DNA of 58,434 bases, counting the filler, from Sphacelaria rigidula (Eukaryota): assembly GCA_964200075.2 (NCBI GenBank). It is 5 parts of 5 records of this genome, joined end to end, with 100 filler letters (N's around TTAATTAATTAA, not from the genome) between each part and the next. Parts side by side here need not be neighbours in the genome. Positions count along the whole stretch, not along the records: positions 23,416 to 35,022 come from CAXNAA020004717.1; positions 35,123 to 46,729 come from CAXNAA020004718.1; 3 more parts are not named here. One strand, given 5' to 3'. Under the pieces are notes generated by a model. It saw only the letters and a list, made by a program, of their open reading frames with translations, was not told the DNA's origin and searched no databases. Of this stretch, positions 24,778 to 35,245 are shown one piece after another. Made by a program: the position numbers and the translations under genes. How positions within the stretch are numbered: the first letter of the stretch is position 1; every line of letters begins with the position of its first letter.

Positions 24778-27532
24778 CTGCAAAAAAGAAAATATCAACG
24801 TAATTTCCCAAAAAGCAAAACATTATGCTTGCGAGCAGCGGCAGCATCATAGGCATGTGTGGCTTCCACCTCCAGCTTTGCCTGAACCCTGGCTTCAATC
24901 TCGGCCATGTACGCCTCTGCTACGGTTCTTTGCTCGATTTCGATGGCGTGTCCCTCGAGCTCTTCCGAATCCTCGCAGCCTCCCTTTCAGGTTCGAGCTA
25001 GGTTAGGTCGAGCCTGAAAGGGAGGCTGCGAGGATTCGGAGGATGCACGCCGAGCTCGAGGGACACGCCATCGAAGTCCAGCAAAAAACCGTGGCAGAGG
25101 CGCGCAAGGCCGAGAGTGAAGCCAGGGTCCAAATCCTGGCAGCTCCCCTCTCAGGTCGGACCTACAGTAGTGGGCGGTCTAACTTTCAGCGGGGTTTTGA
25201 GGTTTTCCTTGCGTACTACTCTTTGATAGAACTCGAAATTGCTAGCGTCGGCAGGTTTTGGTACAATTAACAGATCGTCCTCAGAACACAGTGTCTAAGT
25301 CAGTGTTAGTTGGTGTTATCGGGGGAAACGAGTAAATACCCCGTTCATCAGGAGGGTGTTATTGACCGTGAAACACAGTTTATGGCTCTAGTGCAATGAG
25401 CAGGCAGAATTTCAAAAAAATAAAACTGTACATTTTCTTAGTAATATGATCGGGACAGGCTCGATCGGCCGAAAATACCGAAGATTAAGAATCTGAGCTG
25501 AAACGTCGCAGGGCTCCCGATGACCGGTCAGCCCGTAAGTCATTCAATATTGAGAACAGATGATTTTTTTTCTTGGAATGTGGAGCGGATACAAATATCT
25601 TCACGTCCCCAATGTCATGAGTGGTGGCAAGCGAAAAGAGCCCAAGAAGATCGCCAGTTACGATGAAATCACAAAATGCCTCAAAATGAATAGTTAGACC
25701 GCCCACTACTGTAGGTCGGACCTGAGAGGGAAGCTGCGAGGATTCGGAGGATGCACGCCGAGCTTGAAGGACACGCCATCGACATTGAGCGTAGCAGGAG
25801 CGCGCATGGCCGAGATTGAAGCCAGGGTTCAGGCAAAGCGGGAGGTGGAAGCTACACACCCTCGTGATGAAACAAATCAGCAACGACAAACGAACTCACA
25901 AGGCCAACCAAAACGATCCAGTCTCGATCGAATAAGCTGTTTGTTGGTCGTTGCAGCGCAGAAATAAAGCAAGACAGCTTTGTCAACGAAAAATAAAGTG
26001 CGGAACATTGTGGTCTTCATTTTTCCGTCGGAATAGAGATGAAGCTACGCGTAGGGGGAGCGTCGGGGGTTAGGGCTCGGTCGAGTTACAGCTCAAGCCA
26101 CAAAAACTTGACGAGTGGTGACCTGCGCTTTTGATTCTTATCTGGACGTATAATCGGACTACAGTACTTAAACTTCAGACTAAACATTTTTGATTGAACG
26201 CGATACATCAAGTTGTTTGGTAACCACGACTCATCACGATTTATGTTTGATCCAAAAGTTTGGGAAATCGAGAGACATGACTTACCCAGCACACGTTTCG
26301 AGAGAAAAAGATGCTCCACGACGAAATCTGAACAAGATACGGGCTAACCGGCCTTTGGGGATCCTACGAATGTAAGACCCCCGGTTCCGTCTTTTTCACC
26401 TTTCCGCTCGACCTTGCTGATGCGGATCGTTACGAAGAAAAATTATACCTTCAATTTTTTCTTGAACATTCTCGTTTCTCCCGCCACAGGTAATCAATGA
26501 AACCTCCTCGATAAACAGGGTTTTACTTCATATCATCCCGACAATATAAAATTGAGAATTATGTCCAGAGCACTACTTGCTTCTTCCTTCAACCGCCTAC
26601 AGATGCTCAAAACTCTCAAGTGAAAGTGACAAATTGTCGGACGAAAAACCCCCATGGAGCGATTACCATACGTGGAGCTTGACTATTGTAGCGATTTCAC
26701 GATTGGAAAAACTCTGAATCACAACGGTCGCCGTACGTGGTGGGGTGGGTTCTTGCGCTAAAACGCACCTCATGATTCCCCACCAAAAGAGACACAACAG
26801 AGCAACACGTAAAAAGGGGGGAAGAAAAAAGCAGTTAAACCAAAACACCCACCTGTTTTTAACGAAGTCGGTAAGGGCCGTGAGCTTAGCATCCCTGTCG
26901 GCCAGAAGTGATGCGAGCTCCACCAGCTTGGCCGAAAGAGCTTCCGTGTGGACCTTGCCCCCTGTGCCGAAGAGCAAAATGTTTTCGAGAATTGGAGGAA
27001 GGCACTAGTGGTGCCACGATAGCCTACTACTGCGAAGCAAATGGCCATACAGTCCATGATCGCTGTTTTCAGACAGCATGACGAAGCCCCTTCAATGGGC
27101 GACATTGGCGAAAAGGATCCCAAGCGTGGGTGTTCCCAGCTGCTTCGTGTGCTCGGCTTTTGTCATTTTTACTCACGTGTAGATTTTACCTCCTCAAACC
27201 AATGACTTTGCTGGGAGGGGGGGGGGCATCGTGATATCAGTCAAACTGGCCTTCTTTGGAAAAAAAAAAAAACACCGACTCGATAAATCAAAACAGGAAT
27301 CGCACACGTGTGGAGAGATATCCACACACTTTCATAATGAGAAACAAAAAATCATGTGTTCTTGCTTTTTTTTCTTAGAGTAATGAGAAACGACATAGCG
27401 AGAGCACGTTCAACGGAAATACCTCCCAGATCTAATTAATGCGTGGACAACACACACCAAAAGTTTTTTTTTACTTCGTTTCCTGACCCGATGTTCTCGC
27501 CGACATCACAAAATGAATATGCTAGGTCTACA

Positions 27533-27568
<36 letters not shown>

Positions 27569-30500
27569 ACCCGCAGGGGTGCTCCTCGCACCCGCCTGGG
27601 AGACACTCCCCTCCCCACCGCCGACGCGANNNNNNNNNNAAACTTTTTTTTTACCTCGTTTCCTGACCCGATGTTCTCGCCCACATACCAAAATGAAAAT
27701 GCTAGGTCTACAAGTCCCCCCCCCTGCCCCTCTCCCCCCCCCCCCCGAAATGTTGGAGGTGTCTTTGTCAGGAGTAGGAGCGGTGCTCCGTCTCCAAATG
27801 GATGCGTAGTCAATGGTCAAACGACTGAGGCAAGAAACGAATGAGTACCCCCTCCCGCCTCCCGTCCTTCTGTTTACATGTACCTCAAACGGCACTACTG
27901 AAACCATCAGACACATATAAACACGCAAGCTAAGGCATGAAAAGCATCAACCTTACACCTTTCTTTTTCTCAACACTCTTTTCCTTCCTTACCGTTGTCG
28001 GCGCCTGCCCCTCTGCCGGCGGGCATGGCCTCGTCCAATCCCTTCCTGCTGAGCTCCAGAAGTTCCAAACCTTCCTTGTTCTCTGGCACTTCAATGCGTC
28101 CCATAACCTGTGCCACCCGAAAGTAGACAAGACAAAACACAGCATGGGAAAGAACGTGAAAAATGGTCAGCTTTGCACAAGTTCCAAACTATGGTTGATC
28201 ATTCTCCTCAAAAGTCAGAAGCGGACTGAGTGTCCCCCCCGTGACATAATGACATAGTTTTATTAATAGTTGTGGATCAAAGTCCAGCTCTGAATTTACA
28301 GTTCGGGGAAAGTATTTTGGGCGTACGCTATTACACGTCAAAGTTACGTTCAAATCGTGAGACACCCATGAGGCAGCGTAACTTGTGACTGTCTCTGGAG
28401 GTGGCAACACTAGAAAATGAAGCAACTCATTCGAGGCTGTCATCCATATATCCAAGAAAATCGGTAGGCTTCGGGCCCAACAATCTCAGCGAGATGCAGC
28501 TCACCCCTCATGCGACTCGCCGAGCACATCACGGCGCTTCGCGCTTGGTGATTGAATGCAAGCCGGGCCTGGCGGAAACCCGGCGTGCTCCGTCCCGGCT
28601 TTGTAGGAATGGGAGGTCAATGGTCTCATGGCTATGGTATGCAAGATCATGACAACCCCCCCCCCCCACACACACACACAAAAGGGGTAGGACGACAGTA
28701 CGAGCGTAGAAAATGAACCAGGGTTCAAGCCAGTCTCATGAGGGAGGGGTCTGATGAAGTCATGAATAGTAGAGCTTGTGAGAGAACCTGACACATATAT
28801 GTGTTGCTTATTTGACTATATCCACTCATTTTCTGTGTAAAAAGAAACTGGTATACATCATGCATGGGTAGCCGGGGCTACTTTGAAGCGTGCAATGTTG
28901 CCATGTTCACATGACAGCAGCAAACAAAGCCAGGCTACCGCAGCATGGAAAGAAACCATAACCCTCCCCTCCCCCGGTGAACAAAGGTGATATGTAATAA
29001 TTTGATGCATTTGACCGTAGCGGGAAAACGATGGCTATACCAGGAGATAGATAGTGGCCACAGACGGCGAAACAGGACGGGGATAAGATATGTAAAAGGC
29101 TCTTGTGCAATATATGGAAGAAACGTAATGAGCACCTAAATGTTGGAGGTGGCTCTATTAGGAGTAGGAACTGTGCTCCGTCTCGAAAGGGATGCGTGGT
29201 CAATGATCGAACGACCAAGGCAAGCAACGAATAAGTATGCCTTCCCCCGCCCCCCGCCCCCTCCCTCCCCCATCCTTCTTTTCCCCCCTTTCTCTCGTTC
29301 CTAGAAATCATTCACGAGGCACAGGTGCTGTCTTGGCCTTTTCAAGTCTCTCGAGAGCTCCCGCAGATCAACACCTCACTGCTACAGTCATTTTCTGGGT
29401 GACTGCGACGCCAATCCAACTAATGGACAACGTTGGCTGGCCATGGCGGATAGACAACGCTCGCCGTCGTTGGAAAGTTCAGACTCCATCATCCATGACA
29501 CGGTACTGCGGCCGCGCATGGTCGCAATCCAACGTATCACGACAACAACACTGACGCTATCGTGTGTTCTCGTTTGTCGCACACCTTGGCATCTGCCTGT
29601 CGTGCAGTCCTCCATAGCCCCCTGTAATGCTCCACGTCCCTGCGTAGATCACCCCCCAGTTCTCTCGTGGACATGCCTTCGTACTCTCCGTGGTATCTCT
29701 TTCGGAATCTGACGACCGTGAAAAAGAAAAAATAATAAAACATTGTACTCGTGTTACATTATAGGGTTTAACTAATCCGCGAATATGTAACGCGCTGCAC
29801 CGTACTTTATTCCCTTAATACAGTCAAGGTCGAGCCAAGTGCAAGCTGCCACACCCTCGACAACAGATTGCACCGTCAAAAAGCGTACTGCGCACAGTAT
29901 GTACTATTGAGTCCATTGCAATAGACAATTGACTCCACACTGCACGCAGTACATTTCTTGGCAACACAATCTGTTGCCCAGGATGTGCAAGCTTCCGTGA
30001 CATGTTTGAGCATATTTGGGACTCGAATCACCGATTCATCGCTTGCGGGTGGCTGGAGGTCGAGCGGTGTTAATAAGGGAAAGAGATATTGTAGATAATG
30101 ACGTCAACTCTCAACTCTTTGTAGGCAGTCGTTCCGTCGGAGAAAAACGACAAATGGTGATAACTCCAGCCTCTTTTGGACGGCACATGGTACTCCTGTC
30201 AAGTGGAATTTAACCCTTTGGGAACCCCCTGACAACATCTGTTTTTGTAACTCGGCATCATTTCGACTTGAAAATGACTGAAAATGATGCCGATTCACCA
30301 AAACAAAAATCGCCGATGGGTTCCAGAAGGGTTCAATCAACCCATCACTGAATGCGCCCGAGGAAGGTGCTGTATCACACGCTTCTCTGCGGTGCAATTC
30401 CGCGCCGTTCGTATTTCGCAAACGATCCCGAACTCTCCTGACAAAACAAAGTGTAAATGGTATTGGGCGAGTGCGCGGTCCTCACCCTTCGTCTAGGCGC

Positions 30501-33500
30501 TCGTCCTGGTCTAGAGTCCTTTCCACAGTTTCGATGGTTGATCGAGCGCGCTCCGCCGACCCTTCCACTTCTGCCACCTGCCAGCAACGATATTTTAGAT
30601 CCCCCCCCCAACAGCAAGACGCAAAGTGAAGAAAAAGACAGGGGAAAACTTTATACAGAATATCAAAGGATGAAATGAACACCATCCCGACGAGCCCTTA
30701 CAAACAACGAATGAAATTGTTCAAAAACGTCTCAAAAAAGAAAACCATCGACAGGGAACCGAAAAAGAAAATTCTCATGCACCGAAAACTCCAGAATTGG
30801 ACATTCGGAAATTCGATTCGCACCCAGGTCACATAACTGACTGGCGGCACATCTTAGAAATTGGCAACGGCAGAGTAGGAGACGCGACTCTACAGGCTGA
30901 TTCACGCTCATCACCCAAGATTTTGTCATCACCAAATGCCTTTCGCAATACCTACTCAATAGCCGCATACGTGATGTGATCCCGACCGTCATGGACAGCT
31001 GAAGAGCGTGACATAGCTGGATTCGTGTGTAAGGTCATAGTGGTAGCGCTAAGGGCCAGAAGGTATATCGACCGATCAGCGCCCGTCAAACTGTTCCGAG
31101 ATCAAAATCACGAATTCCAAGCCCAATTTTCACTCAATCTCCACATACTTCAAATCGTGGTAACCGTCATCGGCTCGGGAATCCAATGAAAAAACATATA
31201 TATGTAAAAAAATATCACGGGGGTCAAATCATACCCGAAACCGTGATCTTTCGGTGATGTCGGGTGTTGGCGTCGTCAAATTTCCACTCAGAATACGCAC
31301 GAAAGAGCCAGGGAGCCCCGTGACGGTGTCCCCCTATATCTTTTGTAGAAAAGCTCAGATCGCCCTCAGACTTGGCAGTTCCGTAAATATTGATGCTCCA
31401 AATGGAAAAATTGCATTCTTGACAATATATCAAAGTTTCTCCGTTCTCTACCGGATTCCGGGGGCCCCAGTATGAAGACCCCTCCCTTCGGAGGGCGATA
31501 AAGAATACCCCCTCTCCCCCCCCAGAAAAAAATTATGCGTCCCGGGATGGTCTAAGGAACACATGTACAAAGTTTGGTGAAGAAACTCGAAAAGCTCATA
31601 CAGTTTTTCTTGCCTTGACGTCAAATTCACCCAAGAAGACGTTTCTACTCTAAAGCCAAGTAGGTTAGGATTTGCACGTTTCAAGCCCACGTCCTCCACA
31701 AACGCGCAAACCTTCACGCCGTCATCAGGAGCCAGACCCTAAAACTGTGCACAAATATGCCATGTGTCAATACGCAACTTTCTATGGACGAGGTTTCATT
31801 ACTCGAGTTTTTTTTGCCGTCCCCATTCTGGGACCCCGGAGAACCGGCACTACGGTACATTTCTTCATTTTTTCGCAAACGAGCTGTCGCCGCACAACCC
31901 AAGGAAGAACCCCACAAAATTTCGTCGCAAAAGTCGATTAACTGATGCTTGAATTACATGTTCACGTCAAAGAAGGCCCAAAAAATACGTGTTCGTACTA
32001 AAATCGTAGTTTGCGGTTTCAGCGCGGCACGGCAAAGTTCATCGCACAGGAGCGAAAAACCTCACGCCCTTTTCACGCAACTTTGAATGAGCGAGTTTCA
32101 TTGTTTTGTTTTTTGAACGTTTTACGAGGGTCCGATTGGACCGATGTTTCCCCCCGAAAACGGTGAAAATAGTCAAAAATCGAAAAAACCTCGACCCTCG
32201 AAAGTTGCACAATGCTCCATAGAACACTAGCGCAAAATGTCAGGGTCTAACTCCTTGAAACGGCGTGAGGTTTTGCCGATGAGTGTTTTTGGGGTGATGA
32301 GCGTGAACCAGCCCGTAAGCAAATACAATTTCACTTCCTTTCTCCTTCAGCCCGGGAGTTCCTCATTTCCGTCTTTGGAAACTCGAGTATGTGAGAAGCA
32401 ACCAAAGACTGACGTGCTGATCCAACCCGACATCGCCAGATACGTACAGGGGGAGAGTTCGGTTGAACCCCTCGGAGACGACTTCGTTTCGAGGGAGAGG
32501 AGGGGATGAAAAGCATGGGGGGAAAAAAATGCCATCGTTGTCACAGATTGGGGGGGGGGGGCTGTCTCATCAGTGTGGTGATGTACTTGTTTTATCAAAA
32601 CTCAGCAAGTTAGTTCCGCAGGTGAGGGCTGTCTTCCGACAAAATATATGTATTATCTATATCCACGCGGCGAACAGTTCCGAGGATAACACAGATCAAA
32701 AAGCCTTGTGATCACGAAGTACAACAGCAGTCAAGACAAAACCGTCGTCCGGACACCTCACCTTTTCCCTCAGCTCAGCGATACCCCCGCCGCCCTGCTT
32801 GACCGTCTGGACCTTCTTCCAGACGGACTCCGGCACGCCTTCCACCGACTCGTGTGCTTCCACCGTGCCCGGAAGCCCCACCTGTTACGTGCATCATTCA
32901 CCCGACAACAAAAAAACAAACCGTAAAATCAACGTAGAATAATGTTCAGCAAACAATCGACGCCAATGACGGAGGAATGATCACTAAAAATGTCCTCAAC
33001 ATCCAAGAGAAGGAGAAAAAAAAAAACTTAGAAGTCAAGCAACCGATAATAAACATTTTCTAGGCAAAATATAAGCGACATACGCCACGCCGGTGCTGGG
33101 TACAACTGTCCTGTAGCGCTCGGTGCAATTTATACAGGCTGATTCACGAAAGAAACGCAGAAAGTTCTCGGCAAACAATTTCTCGGCTAGAGCGAAGCGG
33201 ATGAAGACATTATAGTATCTACACTCTCCTCAAGATGCAGAAGGAAACGTGGCGTGGTCACGTCTTTAGTGCCGACCCATGATTGGGCGCTACCGGCGTG
33301 CGAAACAAGGGGTCCCCGATAGGGGCGTTGTGCCCAGTTTATTGGGGTCATCAGCCACAGAGCGCCCAGATTCTCGGAACAAGTTCACGCTCATTTGCTG
33401 GAAACATCATGTCGCGTTTGAGAGTAATTAGATCAAATATAATTTTGTATTTCTCAATATAAGCCCGAGATCGCTAGTGTCAACTTCGTCGGCGTTCCGA

Positions 33501-34889
33501 TCGATTTAGCCGGCTTTTCGGAACAGTTTCGCGTTTTCCCCAAGATTCGCGCCAGCTTTGAGAATGAAGAGACTATATTTGATTCACACTTGAACACGCC
33601 GTACGTAAAAAAAAAAAAAATGAGTTTATCATGAACAAAACAGTTTCACTGAAATTGTTAGATCACAGTCGACGCCATGCTAGAGTGAGTGCTCGTCCAA
33701 TTTGTGGTATCAAATATAAGGCGCGCACCTGGCGGAGAGGCGGGTGGATTCCTTCATTCACGGACCCATCCTGAGGAAGGAGAGGGGGTGAACAAGTGTG
33801 ACGGGAAGAACAAAAAAACGATCAGACCCGCAAAATTCAAGACGCTGATACCAAGAAAATCGCACCGCGGCCAGCTGGCTTCTGGCTTCAGTGGTCTTCT
33901 CCTTAGCGCTAGCCTCCAGTGCTCCGACAGCCTCCGCCTCCTTCTTCTTGTACTCTTCCAGCGCAGCCTTGGCGCTCTTGGACAGCAAACCATCGAACAG
34001 CTTGGGCCCATGGCTTCCCCCCCCTGCCCCAAAAAAGCGCATCACAAAAACACGCGCGCGTATAGTCCTGTCAAGACCATTTGATGGCCCTTGTGAAAGC
34101 CAACACGTACCTCTCATGCCCAGCAAACGTGGTAAACAAACGCACACACATGTACACCTGCGCACATACACACACACACACACACGTTTCCACGTGGCAA
34201 CACCCGCCGAAACGGACATGTAAAAAAACCTCATGTCAACAACAGAGAAAAAAACACACACACACGCACACACATGCGCACACCTGTCTACTCATCTTCA
34301 TCATAATTAAACCATAACGAGATTCGCAAGTGCTGACATAACTTATCTTCCCTTCTTCGACAAAAACATTTCGGAAAAAATATTCCTGCTGAAAGTACCG
34401 CAGATGTCGACCGCAGATATCGACAGTTGTCGAACCCTGGGCACACACCTCAACTTCTTAGTGGAAATTGTTTCGAATCGCTCCCCCCTCGCCGGCTTTT
34501 CCCGTCACCCACCGCAGGTGTTGCTTGCTACAGGCTGAATATTGATCAATCCATACACCCAAGCTACGTATTGCCAAGTTACGTATACACCAACCTTCCC
34601 AGGTTCGGAATACGATGACGAACTGTTCTCTGCACATTCCCAGTCAAATGGATTCGGGATACGATGACGAATTGCCGTCTACACATTCCGAGTCAAAGAG
34701 AGGAACTCCTCCACATCCAACACCTCGCATACTTACCTTCGACGAACGGAAGGGTCTTGACCATGCACGCTCCGGGGATGGGTTTCACCGAAAGCTGGCC
34801 GGGCACGGGCTCCATGTAAATGGTGGAGTTGTCCTTCACGCGGGAGGAGAGGGTCTTGGTGATGTTAGCGTTGAGAGTGGTGGCCGACG
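24604..34889 (-). CDS. ALIX: ALIX/BRO1-family ESCRT adaptor (end of Bro1 domain plus V domain), partial, 8 exons
   Basis: Exons 34889-34737, 34023-33866, 32881-32762, 30577-30486, 29708-29585, 28107-27993, 26961-26853 and 24777-24604. All have AG/GT boundaries and matching phases (~348 codons). Motifs VKDNSTIYMEPVP (cf. ALIX KDNDFIYHDRVP), LFDGLL..., GLPGTVE...VPESVW...GGI (cf. NLPAAIE...VPQSI...GGI) and Q.PLL.EI...N. Both ends lie outside the segment. Confidence 0.88.
24845..25870. repeat. Nested foldback (inverted repeat) element inside an ALIX intron
   Basis: 24885-24995 is inverted relative to 25008-25130, 24845-24995 relative to 25720-25870, and 25140-25185 relative to 25690-25737. Confidence 0.8.
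25165..25711. mobile_element. Tc1/mariner-type MITE (547 bp, TA TSD)
   Basis: TA|CAGTAGTGGGCGGTCTAACT ... AGTTAGACCGCCCACTACTG|TA, with perfect 20-bp TIRs. Confidence 0.8.
26853..26961 (-). CDS. ALIX: ALIX exon (GKVHTEALSAKLVELASLLADRDAKLTALTDFVKN)
   Basis: AG/GT boundaries, phase 1 in and phase 2 out, amphipathic helix. Confidence 0.85.
27010..27238 (-). repeat. Dispersed repeat family C, copy 3 (intronic)
   Basis: Reverse complement aligns to 692-917 and 2582-2680. Confidence 0.65.
27461..27745. repeat. Diverged ~80-bp direct duplication with poly-C tracts, flanking a 10-N gap
   Basis: tcgtttcctgacccgatgttctcgcc...gctaggtctacaagtccccc at ~27476 and ~27656; N10 at 27630-27639. Confidence 0.75.
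27745..27860 (-). repeat. Family B copy
   Basis: aatgttggaggtgtc...ggatgcgtagtcaatggtcaaacgactgaggcaagaaacgaatgagtacccc. Confidence 0.75.
27993..28107 (-). CDS. ALIX: ALIX exon (VMGRIEVPENKEGLELLELSRKGLDEAMPAGRGAGADN)
   Basis: cacag acceptor, G|gtaagg donor. Confidence 0.85.
28355..28667 (-). repeat. Dispersed repeat family A (~310 bp), terminus related to family B
   Basis: Reverse complement aligns over its length to 43897-44200; partial copy at 56755-56867. Confidence 0.75.
29100..29250 (-). repeat. Family B copy
   Basis: aaacgtaatgagcacctaaatgttggaggtgg...gggatgcgtggtcaatg...gcaagcaacgaataagtatgcc; inverse of 37100-37250. Confidence 0.75.
29585..29708 (-). CDS. ALIX: ALIX exon (FRKRYHGEYEGMSTRELGGDLRRDVEHYRGLWRTARQADAK)
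   Basis: AG/GT boundaries; the phase-2 start completes a Gly codon from the previous exon. Confidence 0.87.
30210..30335. mobile_element. piggyBac-like MITE related to the 5057-5364 family
   Basis: TTAA|CCCTTTGGGAACCC...GGGTTCCAGAAGGG|TTCA, with the internal tcggcatca / tgatgccgattca motif shared with that family. Confidence 0.55.
30486..30577 (-). CDS. ALIX: ALIX exon (VAEVEGSAERARSTIETVERTLDQDERLDE)
   Basis: AG/GT boundaries; matches the V-domain pattern L..E...D. Confidence 0.87.
30893..32315. mobile_element. Non-autonomous Tc1/mariner-like element, ~1.42 kb (ALIX intron)
   Basis: TA|CAGGCTGATTCACGCTCATCACCC ... GGGTGATGAGCGTGAACCAGCCCG|TA. Colinear homology with 48215-49699; no transposase ORF. 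Confidence 0.85.
32762..32881 (-). CDS. ALIX: ALIX exon (VGLPGTVEAHESVEGVPESVWKKVQTVKQGGGGIAELREK)
   Basis: 120 nt, AG/GT boundaries, phase 0. Confidence 0.9.
33866..34023 (-). CDS. ALIX: ALIX exon (GPKLFDGLLSKSAKAALEEYKKKEAEAVGALEASAKEKTTEARSQLAA)
   Basis: AG/GT boundaries; Bro1-V linker and first V-domain helix. Confidence 0.9.
34737..34889 (-). CDS. ALIX: ALIX exon with Bro1 C-terminal motif (VKDNSTIYMEPVP...GACMVKTLP)
   Basis: AG/GT boundaries; KDNxxIYxxxVP signature of Bro1 domains. Confidence 0.9.
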
Positions 34890-35022
34890 CTGTGAACGTG
34901 GAAGAGAGTGCTTGTCTGCCAGTTTTTTTTTTTTTTTTTGGGGGGGGTGGGGGGACAACACAGGGGGGGGGGTGGGAAAAAAGTTGTGGGTTGGAATAAG
35001 CGGGAGAATAAGGTGGCCTCGG

Positions 35023-35122
35023 NNNNNNNNNNNNNNNNNNNNNNNNNNNNNNNNNNNNNNNNNNNNTTAATTAATTAANNNNNNNNNNNNNNNNNNNNNN
35101 NNNNNNNNNNNNNNNNNNNNNN
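35023..35122. other. Artificial scaffold-joining spacer
   Basis: N44-TTAATTAATTAA-N44. Confidence 0.98.
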
Positions 35123-35245
35123 CCCCCTCCATTTCTCGACTGCCCTCGAGCCAGTGTTTCCACTTGTGTGATCGCGGGTATGGATTTGATTGTATATTGT
35201 CACCACGGGCTGGAGTCGTAGTGGGTTAGTTTATGCTATGTGCAG

